DNA of 64,000 nt from Ostrea edulis (lineage: Eukaryota): assembly GCF_947568905.1 (NCBI RefSeq), contig NC_079166.1, forward strand, positions 75,268,001 through 75,332,000. Reading direction: 5' to 3'. The position numbers and the translations under genes are program-made. The stretch's first letter is position 1. Each line of letters starts with the position of its first letter. The notes under the pieces are model-generated. The model searched no databases. It had not been told where the DNA came from and saw only the letters and a program-made list of their open reading frames with translations. Positions 1 through 12,872 of this stretch are shown one piece after another.

Positions 1-128
1 TATATTTGCATCCAATGAAATAAAATGGTGTAAACGAATAATATGTTGATATATTTGAAAGATCAAACATTGGATCATCATTTAATATCTTTTTCGATAC
101 TTTTTCTTGGCTTGTACTTCAGATTTAA

Positions 129-1035
129 AGGGACTGGTTCACGTTTTTCGAAAGAAATATTTTTCATTTGCAATGTTGAATTTTTTTAAAAAATATAGCT
201 CATTTAATGTGACAACCAAAATTTTGACCGTCTAAATGTAAGGATAAGAGCAATATTTTAGCTTTGATTCTGTGTTATGTAAACAAAGACTCGAGTCTTT
301 TTATGTAAACAAACAAACCAGCATGACCAGTGAAACGTTCATTTTGTAATTCAAAGCATCTGTATTTTGTACAATTACAAATTTTAACTTCTAAATGACA
401 CATTTTACCTAAAGCATACTTGAAATGTGACATGAATCAATATCCATTTATTTTGAAAACTCGTAAACAGTAACACACCCCAATCTTTGTTTTCAAAACT
501 ATAATGAGCTTCTGTCATGACAAATAACCTAAAAAAATTTATGAAACTTTCTAAAACATATTAGACTGTAGATTTTGATTATTTAAAGGCATAGGGTCTA
601 TCTTTTATCTCAAAAATGACATCACAATATTTTGCAAGAAGAACTCCAAAAAAACAAATTTGTAGTATTAATTATGAGTTATCTATATCTGCAGTGCTTT
701 GAAATTGAAGTCATTTTGACGTTTTAGCCCTTAATAAAATTTTGTCTGGAGGACAATATATTAAACTGGTACCCCGCAGATTGGTGGCTACACACAAACA
801 TAAGAGATGCGAAGTCAACAGGGTACCAGTTTAGGCAAATTAGAACAGGGAATTATTTTGTAATTACTATCGTATCCAATGTGTTTGTAAACATTCTGAA
901 GAACTTTTTGTGATTTTTTAGTTATGATCTTAAATTTTGCCACCTTTTGGAACATGCAAAATTTCACTAATATCTTAGACCCTATGCCTTTAAAGTGAAA
1001 TACAAAATTTGAAGGAAAATCGTGAATCAGTCCCT
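129..1035. mobile_element. Non-autonomous TTAA-targeting DNA transposon (Kolobok-type MITE) carrying a nested second element
   Basis: Termini AGGGACTGGTTCACG (129-143) and CGTGAATCAGTCCCT (1021-1035) form a 15-bp inverted repeat with 1 mismatch. TTAA lies on both flanks (125-128, 1036-1039). Body matches the copy at 10259-10775. Superfamily inferred from TTAA TSD plus AG..CT ends. Confidence 0.85.
587..989. mobile_element. Nested TTAA-flanked MITE (second Kolobok-type family)
   Basis: TIRs AGGCATAGGGTCTA / TAGACCCTATGCCT, with TTAA at 583-586 and 990-993. Removing it restores the sequence seen near the right end of the 10259-10775 copy. Confidence 0.85.
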
Positions 1036-2419
1036 TTAAGAGATTTACATTTTTTGGCAAGTAATATATCTCGGGTCTCACAACACTGTTAAAAAAAGGG
1101 TGACTCTAACTAAAGATGTATTGAATCCCACTAGTGAATATATGTAGATAGTTTTTTTTATAAGAATTACCACTTTTTTGTGGTCAAGTATTGAACTTGA
1201 GTACCTCTACAACGGTTGATATACTGTGCCAGTGTATTTCTTAGCATTCAATTACTCAGTTGAATACTCAAATCCCAGCTTGCATTTTGACAGAACAAGT
1301 TATTCAGTTGAAATTCAAATGATGACAGTAATTTAAATTTTTATTTTCGTAGCTGGTTTTGAAATTGTAGATGGTTTTGAGCTTAATTACTGAAACTACC
1401 TACTAAAAAGTAAAAGTTCTAAAAGATCATTTAAATTTCTTTTAACAAAGCTTTGTCATCGTAGGATTGACCATCTTTGCAAACTACAGGTGAAGTCCAC
1501 AAGCTCTCCACTATAGAGAGTACATCAGAATTACGAACATATTCACAATAAGAGGATTGACTAACCCCTCCCTCCCTCCAGCTATCTTGTCCTCAGCATT
1601 TCCCCCCTTTACTAGTTCAGTCACAATAGCAAGTCTTCATTGCAGAACTTAGAATATTCTATCTACCTGTAGACATAATTTGATTGTCTACAATGACATT
1701 ACCTCTCTTGTTTTTAACAGAGACAGAACCTACAAGGTGACCGTTGGCAGACCGCCACCTGACAATGTTGTGTGGATCTGTGGAACTGTGTTAGCACTGG
1801 CTGGCTTTACTAGGCTCTCCTACTTCATGATGGCACATTTTGATCATTGGACGGTATGGAATAGAATTTATAATACGTGTATAAATAAAAAATTTCAAAA
1901 TTTTAATCCTGGAAAGTCTCTATTGATTGTTGAACAGAACTGGATTGATGATGATGTTCCTTCTACACTATATCCAATAAAGGTTTCTTCGGTAGATGTT
2001 TTTACAGTATTACCTGTAGTACATGGAGTTGGCATATGAATGGCCCTCGGATATCATTACATGCACAATACAGTACTTACAGAATCCCTCATTAGTACAA
2101 CTATTGGATTAGGAAATTCCACTGAGGGGATGAGATTTTCAGTCTAGGACAGGCTTTGCAAACTCCTAGACAATAAATCTTGGTTCTGAGGTGGGACTCC
2201 CCTATCCCAAACTGGTACTAATGAAGGATTATTTGTTATGCCCCTGCTATATCCTAGCTATATAGTATATATATAGTGTTACTCTTTTCTGCCCTACATT
2301 TCATGTATTCTGTTGTAATTTGATATCTGTTCATTATCTCTGCTATGGATGCAGATATTCAACTGAGATCTTCTAGGGGAATAAAGTGAAATTTGGTATA
2401 TAAATACATCATGGGAATT

Positions 2420-2700
2420 ATAATATACAGGTCAAGTTCTTATTTGGTTCTTTTAAATTATTTATTACAGAGTTATGCCCCTTGGACTTAGAAAAATTCA
2501 AACAATTATCATTATCTCAGTCATAGATGTACATGGACATTTTAAATTGAAATTTAGGATTTAGATGTATCAAGAGAATACTACTTATATGGATCAGGTT
2601 GGATTAGTGTCCTTTGGTGGAAGGGGGAGGGGGCAGTCATGTTGCACATTTAGTCTCGCATTTTATCCACAGTTTTGTGCATAATTTATGAGCTTTGAGA
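2420..2700. repeat. Fragment of a Helentron/HINE-type repeat
   Basis: Motif agagttatgccccttggacttagaaaaatt resembles the internal monomers of bivalve non-autonomous Helitron/Helentron elements (recalled, not searched). Confidence 0.4.
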
Positions 2701-4216
2701 AAATAAAAAAAATTTTAAATCCTCATTTCAATTTAAACTGATTAGACAATCAGAAAGAGTGTAAAATTAAAGGAAAAACCCAGGCTGTCCCCCCATCAAG
2801 GTACATCAAATTGAATGCAAAGTACCTGCATTTTACTACACCATGTGATGTAAATAATAAGAAAATGTATGATGTCCTAATTAATGATGTCACACAGTGT
2901 ATGATAGGAAATCTCACATCCCTTGATAGGTAATGTTGGTTTCAAATTGGTGATTACATGGTACATGAGGAAATTTTATTTTATTTCCATCCAATGGCCC
3001 TCAGAGAGACATGAAAGAGTTAGAACTGTAGGTAAATATATAGACAGTGGTCATGTGTTAGAAAATGTAGTTGAATACCATTTGTATCTATCAGCATATA
3101 CATACAGAATAATGGTGATTTAAACAATGTCAGTCTCGGTAGCTGTGTAGTGAGATCACCTGTCATTGAATGCAGGGGTTCCTAACAGGGAGGGGGGGGG
3201 GGGTGGGTATATAAACTCAGTTCCAGGTACAACCAGTTATGTTGAAATCATTCCTTTGACATTGATTCTTTTGTCAGCAATTTGTGATGTCAATTTCAGG
3301 GTGGCCATCATAAACTCCCTGATGCCTCCAAGTGGACAGATGAAGAGCTGGGTATTCCCCCTGACGAGGAGGGACTATTAAAACCAGAATCTAGTTAATT
3401 AATGTGTATCTCGTTATAATTTTTGTACATAAACTGCGGAGACGATTGTAATATTGAAAGAATTGGAAACTGCTTGGTGTTCTTAGAAATGCTGAAAGTG
3501 GTGTATCTTGTCAAAGGGAAATCACTCCATGTAATAAAAATGTTGAAAATATTAACATATTTTTATTTTTATTCATGCATATATATATGTCTTCAAATAG
3601 TAGTGCCTACCAACATAAAGAATACATTGTCAGTGGAGTTTTCATTTCATTGTTTGTTGTAATCTGTATCTTGATGAAATCTGAAATCAATGTGAAAATT
3701 AATATGATGGCAATTTTTGCCTAATTTAACAATTAGAAACTTGAAAGAAAAAAAAAGAAAAGAAAATTCACAATTGCCAAATTATTATATAGAAATATGG
3801 CTGTATCAAATAGTGATAAATCTTGCACAGGATTGGAAAAAGGGTGTACAGAGCTCACAAATCTGGTGCTAACTGCAGAACTGTAGCTTTCCGAAAAGAT
3901 TAAGTTGACAGTGTAGACAGTGTAAACCTGTAAACATTTTACAGTTCTACAGCTACCTTTGGCAAGTGCCCATTCCTAATTTTTACATTTCCAATGTTTT
4001 TGCCTTCCATATTTTTTACCAATTGAATGATAGCCATTTCCTCATGAACGTGATGCAGTTGTGAACATTGTGCGTATGAATCTCAATGAATATAGTACGC
4101 CTGTTTTAGTGGCTGTGAAGTATGCCGTCTTGAATGCCCTCAAGAAGCTTTTATGAAAGGTGAAGATGACGAACAGTGATGAATCTCGTAACTCCTTTAA
4201 AGCAGTACAAAATAGA

Positions 4217-4330
4217 TAGTTGGGCAAGCACGGACCCCTGGATATATCGGAGATGGGATCAGGTGCCTATGAGGAGTAAGCATCCCTGTCGACCGGTCAC
4301 ACTCCACGTAAGCCCTATATCTTGATCATG
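4217..4330 (-). mobile_element. Penelope-like element 3' end fragment
   Basis: Reverse complement of the gtgaccggtcgacagggatgcttactcc...ccaggggtccgtg.ttgcccaact block that ends the RT-bearing copy at 16380-17836. Confidence 0.85.
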
Positions 4331-5049
4331 TAAACGGAGTTATACGTAGTCAAAATCAGTGTGCCAAGAATAAAACACTTCCATGGGTTTTTCCTATCTG
4401 TTCTAAGCTCTATTCCATTCCCAAAGTTTACTATAAAAACGAGACGCACATCTATACAAAGTAGGAATTCCCTCAGCCCACCCCCTAAAAAATAAACAGT
4501 AGTCAATTTTGGACCAGCTTTAATTTTATTTGTCCATTCCTGGAGCCTTGAGCATGAGGCTAAACTTGACCAGTTTTCACTATGCAGAACTGACAGGAAT
4601 CTTTTGAAAGAATTAAGTATTTAATCTTCTTCAGAGTTGCTGCATATGTTCCTTCTGTAGTTCTGTACAAGTATAAAAAGTACTCTTTGAAGTGATCTGA
4701 ATTCCAATATGGCTTTTGATCAGGTGTACGTAGTTTTGTTTAACCAGACTCCTCTGGCCGCTACTTAATTAACCCTTCTCAGCAAAGAAATTAAACTGAT
4801 TTGATACATGTAAAATGCATATTTTAGTAGTCCTGAATGAATTCAGGGCTTAACAGTGAACTTTGTATGAAATTAGATGTATGAAATTTAATATTCATTT
4901 GTGTTAAAATTTTAAAATGCCCACAAATTTCAATACACCTTTGGACTTTATGTTATCACCGAGATATTATTGATTCATAAATATATACAAAAATCCTTTA
5001 CATAAGCTTTCTGATTGGCTGAAAGTCAACAAATTTTCGAGATGAAAGC

Positions 5050-6290
5050 AAGCTGTTAAAAAGTTTTTCTAGATATGTGTATAAATTAAACACTCTTTAC
5101 AAATATTCGTCTTTATTTGACCCGAACGTACTTAAGGCATCTTCATGTGAGAGCATCCGGTCAAAGTGCACATAACCTGGTGTTGATTGACATGCGATGT
5201 TGTGTATGAGTGTAAATGTCAACCAATTATTTAATTGGATAGATTTTAGTGAGACTTTATGTGAAATTAAATTTCTAAATTCTGATGAACAACACTCAAA
5301 TCCCTTACCATTGAAAAACACTGTCTTTCTATTTCCCGCTCAGCATATGTGAACATTCGCAGAATTGGCTGTATCCGTTCATTTATCAATGATGAAGCAT
5401 GTAAAACTCTAGTAAACTCGTTAGTTACATCCAGATTAGATTACGGAAATGCATTGCTTTATGGTGTTCATTCTCAACACACCAGCAAATTTCAGAGGGT
5501 ACAAAACACGCGCGTACGGCAGCAAGATTAATAACACGCTCAAAAAAAAAATCCGACCACAGTTCTCCTGTTCTAATATATCTTCACTGGCTCCCAGTTG
5601 AATACAGAATTCAATATAAGATCCTTCTTTATACTTCAAATCTCTCAACAACTTATCTCCAGTTTACATAAAGGATATCCGTACAGTTTACAATCCCACA
5701 GGATCACTAAGATCCGAATCTCTGCATCTTCTCCAGGTACCTCGGACACGTGCGAAAACAAGGGGATCGACGTTTGGATAAGTCTCAAGAACACTCTGCC
5801 TTTTAAACTCAGACAATATACTTCACTGTCTAGTTTTAAAGCTGACTCCAAAACGCATCTTTTTAGATTAGCTTTTAATTTGTGAAATACATACTTACAT
5901 TGCAGCTCTTATAGTGCTGTTAAATTTTTTTTATTACCAAAAAAAAGAAAAAGAAAAAAAAAAGAAAAAAACAAACAAAAAAACCCCTTCAGTTGCTATT
6001 TGTCCTGTAGTTTGTTAATATACTAGTGTCCTTTCTTTGTATATAATTATTCCTAAGGGTTGTTTTAAATTGTTTTATATGTTATTAGGGTAATTATATC
6101 ATTTCATTAGGCACTATATATTAATCATAATAATAATTATGCATTTTAATTCTGACACTATGAATATTTTATTCACATGTATGTGCACATCGATTTTATA
6201 TTATCTTTTCTCTCACATTTGTAAAGTGCTTTGGAGAACTAATGTTGATAGGGCGCTATATAAATCTTTTAATTACAATTACAATATATG
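5050..6290 (+). mobile_element. Decayed L2/CR1-group LINE, RT thumb region and 3' tail
   Basis: Frame 5349-5531 reads RRIGCIRSFINDEACKTLVNSLVTSRLDYGNALLYG..KFQRVQN, the typical post-RT domain of L2-clade LINEs. The gcgctatataaat...aattacaattac tail is at about 6250-6290. Frameshifted. Confidence 0.75.
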
Positions 6291-6489
6291 AATAGACATT
6301 TTCTTAGCATTCATCAGTACCGTGATTTGATTTATTGCCTATAATTGTAGTTATTTTTTATTCTCTGATATAAAGAGAAATATTTATCCATAGAGAATGT
6401 TGGTCTATATAGCCACTTGCACTTTAACATTATTTTGTTCGTTCGTAACATTATTACAACTGTATTCTAAACGAACATGGTAGTAAATC

Positions 6490-6975
6490 CACATTTAGTA
6501 ATCGTACTTATACTCCAACTTCCCTCTCAAAAGATGAAATTCTTCAAATCCATGCCTCAATTTTAGACACTTTTAATACCCCAGTCAATGGGACGTTACA
6601 CAAGAGCTTGTTCTGCGTATAATCAGTTTTTAAATCGAGGCAGCTGGCTACTGACAAACAAATTGATGTTAAGGGGTTTAATTTTATGGTCGTTATAGTG
6701 ATATATTTTGCCAATATAACCTATCATTGGGTCAAATGCTTTTTGACGTGTTTTATACCGATTGTTATGCCGTTCTTGGCACACCAGCTGATACTCTGTT
6801 TACCTTATCAAGACATGGGGCTTATGGCGGGTGTGACCGGTCGACATGGGATGCTTACTCCTCTTTGACACTTTCTCCCACCTCTGTTATGTCCAGAGTT
6901 CCATGTTTGCCCAACTCTTTATTTTGTATTCCTTATAGGAGCTATGAAATTCATCACTGTTCGTTATATTCGCCC
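6490..6975 (+). mobile_element. Internally deleted Penelope-like element
   Basis: 6490-6591 matches about 16385-16448 and 6595-6975 matches about 17412-17836 of the long copy. The RT core is missing. Confidence 0.8.
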
Positions 6976-7599
6976 TTCATAGGAGAGGTTGATAACTAAA
7001 GCATAGAACACACGCAAGAGAGAAACAGAGAGAGATTGTTTCATGGTATTAAATCTTCCCATCACCCATACAAAATGATCCGTCCAATGTGGTTACTTCA
7101 TTTTCCAAAGTTTTTCAGGGGACTTAATTTAATTGTCCAAGGGGACCAAATGCAACGAAGGCGTTACCCCGCACCCGCTGTAAGGAACAAACTGTTAAAC
7201 TCCTCGCTTTCATTTCCAAATTGGAAAAAGAAAGGAGAAAAAACCAACAAAAATAAAACAACCACACTATGAATGTGATTTTAAATGTTTTGAGCTTTCT
7301 ATAGGCAATATAAATGAGAGGGCTAATCTTATAACCATCGGCAAATGAGAATTTTTGTTGGTGTTAATATTACCATTTACTTCATGTTTTCACAGTCTTG
7401 CTCTCCATTTTCCCGCATACATATTTCCTGTTCAGCTAGTGGGACCATGGTACGACATCAGTTCAGTCACATATTTCCTGCTCAGCTAGTGCGACCACGT
7501 TCCCACATCACTTCAGTCTGATATTGCATGAATAGTGCGCTTTAATTGATAAGATGATTAGGTACTACATGTAGTATTAGATTCATTAACACTTGATTT

Positions 7600-8035
7600 T
7601 GACATTTCTGAACAGTACAGGTTCCGAACAATACAAATTCTGAATAATACAAATTCTGAACAATACAAATTCTGAACATCACAGACTTTGAACATCACAG
7701 ATACTGAACATTACAGATTCTGAACATCACATATACTGAACATTACTGATTTTAAACATTAGAAATTTTCAATGTTGCACAGATTTTGAACATCACACAT
7801 TCTGAACATCACAGATTTTGAACATCACACATTCTGAACATCACAGCTTTTGAACATCACAGATACTGAACATCACATATTTTGAATATTAGAGATTTTC
7901 AATATTACAGATTTCGAACAAAAACAGATTTTGAACATCACACATTCTGAACACCACACATTCTGAACATTACAGATTTTGAACATAACACATTTTCAAC
8001 ATTACAGATTTTCAACATCACACATTCTAAACATT
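7600..8035. repeat. About 20-bp minisatellite (acagattttgaacatcac-type units)
   Basis: About 20 degenerate tandem units are directly visible. The ORF at 7979 is an artefact. Confidence 0.9.
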
Positions 8036-8147
8036 ATGCACATATTCTTGTTCAATACAGATTCATCAAAATCTATGTACGAAGTTATGGTGACAATAGA
8101 ATTGCAAGGATGTGCAATGGGAAACATGTTCGCAAATTCTATGGTTG

Positions 8148-8390
8148 TTTACTTACTTACTCTCCATTACCCTGGGACAGCAACAAACTTCTGTCTGTCC
8201 TTGGCCATATTTTGTAGGCTTCCCCGTGAGTGGTTAAGTTGGCTCATTTCCGACTAACTGATACGACACCATGTTACCGTGGGTCTACCTCTGCGCCTTC
8301 CTTCTGGTGTCCAGAGAAGGACTGTCTTAGTGTGGTCTTAATCTTTTTTCAAGACGTGCCCAATCGATTTCCACCTCCTTTATATCCAAA
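8148..8390 (-). mobile_element. RTE-clade LINE 3' fragment
   Basis: Minus strand reads RRWKSIGHVLKK..TVLLWTPEGRRRGRPTVTW, the C-terminal motif of RTE ORFs. It is followed by an (AAGT)n tail (ttacttacttac on + at about 8148-8160). Confidence 0.75.
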
Positions 8391-9309
8391 TATAGTGCCA
8401 AGCCTGAATCATAGACCCCAAAGTCTCCATTGTGAACTGAGGTATCTCCAGTATGTATTCAGAACTCTTTAATTCAGAATTGAACATGGAGCTGTAAAAT
8501 CCGTTACCTACATGTATCAGGTTTGACGGAACTGTATTTTCCCCCAATAGGCTGTGATCCTCTAGTAATATAAAATGTTGTTTCTTCAAATCTGGTTACT
8601 GTAATTTTTGTTTTGCTGTCTTCCGGAAAATGTTTTAATTGAATACACAATCCCGCCTAGATTTTACTTATTGCCCTTTGGCGTTGGTTATCCATTTCCA
8701 ACTATCCACAGAATTTACTAATCATGCTTCTATCTGGGTAGGAATTAATATCTTGGCAAGCAACTTGCTTTGTGTACAAGAGCTCTTTAAATAAATTTTC
8801 ATATTTGGTACTTTTGGACTCGAAACACAACTGACGTTCATCTGACCTCTTAGAGGAAGTTGAGTTTCTCTCCTGTAACCTTTGTTTGAAGTTTCTATAC
8901 CCTGTATCCTTATTCGTCATCTTCTTTGGGACTGTAGACTGGTGTCTTTTGTATCACTGCATGCAGTCTCACTAAATTGCCTTTACTTGGATGTCGCAAA
9001 AAATTCTCTACCCTGTAGATGTTGGGTTTCTTTTGCATCGTTTATAATCACTGCGCTTGAATGCAGAATCTATATATACTTTCCAAGAAAGAGATAAGAG
9101 GCAACAGTTGAAACGTTTTGCAACTAGTCTTATAAGTTTCGATAGATGCCATGATAACTCTAGAAGTCATATCCGCCATCTGATTAAACAATCGTACAAG
9201 TGCCAGTCCTATTCGTATCTGATTGCAATGAGTAGAACGTGATCAGTAAGCCAAAGAGATTTGTCACAGCTAGCAAGAGTCTAATGCTCATATCTACTTT
9301 ATGAAACTT

Positions 9310-9485
9310 TGGATTAGGATATAGGGATCACGATGGGTGTGACCGGTCGACAGGGGATGTTTACTCCTTCTAGGCACCTGATTCCACCTCTGGTGTGTCC
9401 AGGGGTCCGCGTTTGTCCAACTATCTATATTGTATTGCTTATAGGAGTTATGGGATGGATCACTTTCGTTATTTTTACCTTTCAT
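9310..9485 (+). mobile_element. Penelope-like element 3' end fragment
   Basis: Same terminal block as 17690-17836, ending ...cgttatttttacctttcat. Confidence 0.85.
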
Positions 9486-10258
9486 GAAGCACTGTTTTTA
9501 TCGTTAAAACGAAACCGCCCTTCAGATCCTTAAGCAGACCTCTTCCTCGAATGATCCTTACCTTCTGTAAAACCTTGTTTACTATGCAAGCTTAGCAAAA
9601 TTCTAAAGACACAATATATATGTCATCGTTCTTTGCTTTGAAAGCTCGAATCTTGCCACATATCTGCCATTCCTTGTCTACATTCATCAAGGCTTGTAAA
9701 TGGTTGTATATTGTTGATCCCTCTAATGGAGGTCTATTCTTAGAAACTTTACTGTAAACCGCTTTGACGCATGGATGCATATTCTATGCTTTAGGCCTCT
9801 TGTCCTCTAAAGAGACATTTAGGTAAGCTCTGTTGCCAGTTGACCTACATATCCCCTCTAGACACCAATGTCATCATTAGGACCAATAATAGACTAATTC
9901 TCTTCACATCTCTCATTTCCGTGCGATTGAGGATCATCGAAAGACTCCTTCTCATCGTCATCAAAGACATTTATTTCAGCATCTTCTAATTTTAATACTT
10001 CTAGGTATGCTAATCATGCCTGGTTTGCAAATCTATTAAAATGACAGGTAATATGTAATCTGCTAGATGTACTTGAAGTCTCAGGACCCGATGATGTCAC
10101 ACTGACAGGATTTTTCTACTGAGCAAACAGCCTGATTTTATTGTCGAAAACATTAAAGCATTGAATGCCTACTCAGACTAATATTGCAATGCACTGTTAC
10201 AATGTTTATTCCTCGGAGACATTTGCTGAAAAGCAATGTACCTTGGTGGTTCCTTTAA

Positions 10259-10775
10259 AGGGACTGGTTCACGATTTTTGATAAAAAATATTTTTCATTT
10301 TTGATGTTAAGCTTTAAAAATATAACTCATTTAATGTTGACAGCCATACTTTTGACCTTCTAAATGCCAGAATAAAAGCAATATTTTAGCCTTAAATCTG
10401 TGTTATGTAAACAAAGACTCGAGTCTTTTTATTTAAACAAACAAACAAGTGAAATATTGATTTTGTAATATAATGCATCTTAATTTTGCATAGTCACAAA
10501 TTTTGATTTTTAGATGACACATTTTACTCCAAAAATGCATGAAATGTGAAAGGTATAATAAACTTAGATCCATATCCATTTCTTTTGAAAATGTTGTAAA
10601 CAATAGCATACCACAATCTTTGTTTACAAAACAAATAATAAACTCTCTAAAGTAAGCTTCTGTGATAATATTTAACCTTAATTTTCATGTGAAATATTTC
10701 AAACACAATAGACAGTAGATTTTGATCATCAAACGTGAAAAACAAAATTTTGGGGAAAATCGTGAATCAGTCCCT
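10259..10775. mobile_element. Kolobok-type MITE, uninterrupted copy (517 bp)
   Basis: AGGGACTGGTTCACG...CGTGAATCAGTCCCT with TTAA at 10255-10258 and 10776-10779. Confidence 0.9.
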
Positions 10776-11277
10776 TTAAGGCTAGGTGGTATAGATATTT
10801 GTTTACATCTTAGTGACGTATTTACTACATATAGGTGAAGCATTGAGGGGTATTCAATTTGCTTTAGTGGCGGAAAATAAATTGCTTTTAATAATAATAT
10901 TTGAGCGTGTTCGAGGCGGTAAGCAGCTACACGTGCATTTCCCGATTGGGACAAGTTTTATCCGGAAAAGAGACATTATGTGGGTCTTTCGTTTACCGAT
11001 TAGCCTCACTGGTTGATATACACAGTGCTAGTAATGATGTTTGGGTTTCTTTATTATGAATGGAACATTGTTTTGATTTATTACTTGGAAATTGGGGTTG
11101 TATTCTTCATAGCAGAGATTTGGTGGAATTTTCCGCTCTCTCTGTGACGTCACATCATAGTGTTTACATTTCTAATTTTAGTACGTTGGATGAGTTCTTT
11201 TGTTTTGCAGTCTGGGAGTGGGAGATACTGATGCGTTAATGCTTTATCAAGTGGATTACGGTCAAATGATTTTTTCC

Positions 11278-11413
11278 TTTGGATGTGATTGGCTTTGGAT
11301 GTGATTGGCTTTGGTTGTGATTGGCTTTGGTTGTGATTGGCTTTGGATGTGATTGGCTTTGGATGTGATTGGCTTTGGTTGTGATTGGCTTTAGATGTAA
11401 TTGGCTTTGGTTG
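11278..11413. repeat. 16-bp tandem repeat (tttggWtgtgattggc) x about 8.5
   Basis: Directly visible. It explains the repetitive peptide in the spurious ORF 11150-11572. Confidence 0.95.
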
Positions 11414-11591
11414 TATCGCAGTGTTTATCAGATTATGATTGGTGATCATAATTTTGCAGATCGGTGGAATTTTAATCCAAATTTGACTTAATTGTGATTT
11501 AACCCTGATGAAGTGGACAGCCTGCAATGGAGAATCTATTTGCATGTTATCAAATACATGGAAATACAACACGTGTATCTCAACTTTAATT

Positions 11592-11683
11592 ACCCAGGGG
11601 CCGTCTTTGCCCTACTCTTAATTCTATATTTTTTATAGGACTTATGAGATTGATCACTAATCGTTATTTTCACCTTTTTTCAT
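11592..11683 (+). mobile_element. Short degenerate Penelope-like 3' end
   Basis: ccaggggccgtctttgccc...ataggacttatgagattgatcac..cgttattttcacc matches the family terminus. Confidence 0.7.
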
Positions 11684-12872
11684 TACTTGTATTACTGTTT
11701 TGAGCACTGGAAGAAAGTTGGGATTTTTCTCTCTCGATTCATTGAGTGGATGTAAGATGATTGATAATCTGTGGAGTCTTAACATGATACGACTGCTTGG
11801 GTATATTCATCATTGAGAATAGGACAATTAGTAAAGGGATTTAGCCTCACTGGTTAATATCCGAGCGGAAGTACGTGTGAATTATCAGTCATCCATTAGA
11901 CACACATGCTTGGTTGTAGATAACATGCATTAAGGGGATGATGATGATCGGTGGTTTTATCAGTGTTATATTTTGGTTCTTGGGAAACAGGCCAGTCATG
12001 AATACTCCATAGTAAACGCCAAAGTACAGCATAATGACGATTTGTGTAGTTACTAGTATCATAGGCTACTGTTTACTATGGATGCAGTGATTATTACTTG
12101 TATTGTCATACCTTCAGATTTCTCTATGAAAAGTCTTTTACGCCCACAAACTTAACTTGATCTGAGTACTGTAGGTACCACCGAGGATAAGGTAACAAAA
12201 CAAGTCGTAAGCGAAATCTAATTAAGCACAAAACAAATTACACAACAGCGAGTTAATTAAGTTGATTGTTCGTTGACTCGATGTGGTCGTACCATTTGTG
12301 AAATAACCCAAAATAAATTGATTATTATAATTGTCAATTCAATCAATTTGACAATTTTTGAAGTATAACAATTTCCGCCACTTAATGTTTGTTTTGTTTT
12401 TTACACAAATAGTTATTTTGCATGCAGTTCTTCCCCCAGAAAGGAAATAATTGATAACCATGCAAAGATTTATCTTTCCGTATCTACTACACTTTAGCGA
12501 TATACTTTTAAGTGACACCTGTTACATACTTATTTGACGTTTCACTCTGTTTTCTGAACGAATTAAAACTATTGTGCTCAGTACGACATATCCGTTTATC
12601 GTCTTTGAAATTACCATGACTCTTGTACGACCCTTAAAGTTATAACAATCCAGACCATATAACACTGCAAAAACAGTGTAAATTTTTCACTTAGAGTCTA
12701 ACTCCTCCTCGCGCTTTCAGGATTTTTTACCCTTCCATTCTAGAACAAGGCTTCATTTCCCAGCTCATGAAGATGAATTCACATGCTCACACAAGTTAAT
12801 TTGTAATCTCTACAGCCTGCGACGAAGTTAGGAGACAAGATGATACTAGTATTCTAGACTTTGGCCGACATC

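Noticed and set aside
815-1081. 88-aa ORF, and similar ORFs at 10685-10954 and 14632-14835
   Set aside because: They lie within Kolobok-type MITE ends. Shared peptide (LKGLIHDF) simply reflects the TIR.
8380-9780. Several short minus-strand ORFs with protein-like composition
   Set aside because: No recognisable domain and no consistent frame or splice pattern. Possibly decayed TE coding sequence, but I cannot support a call.
11150-11572. 140-aa ORF with a repeated peptide
   Set aside because: Translation of the 16-bp minisatellite.
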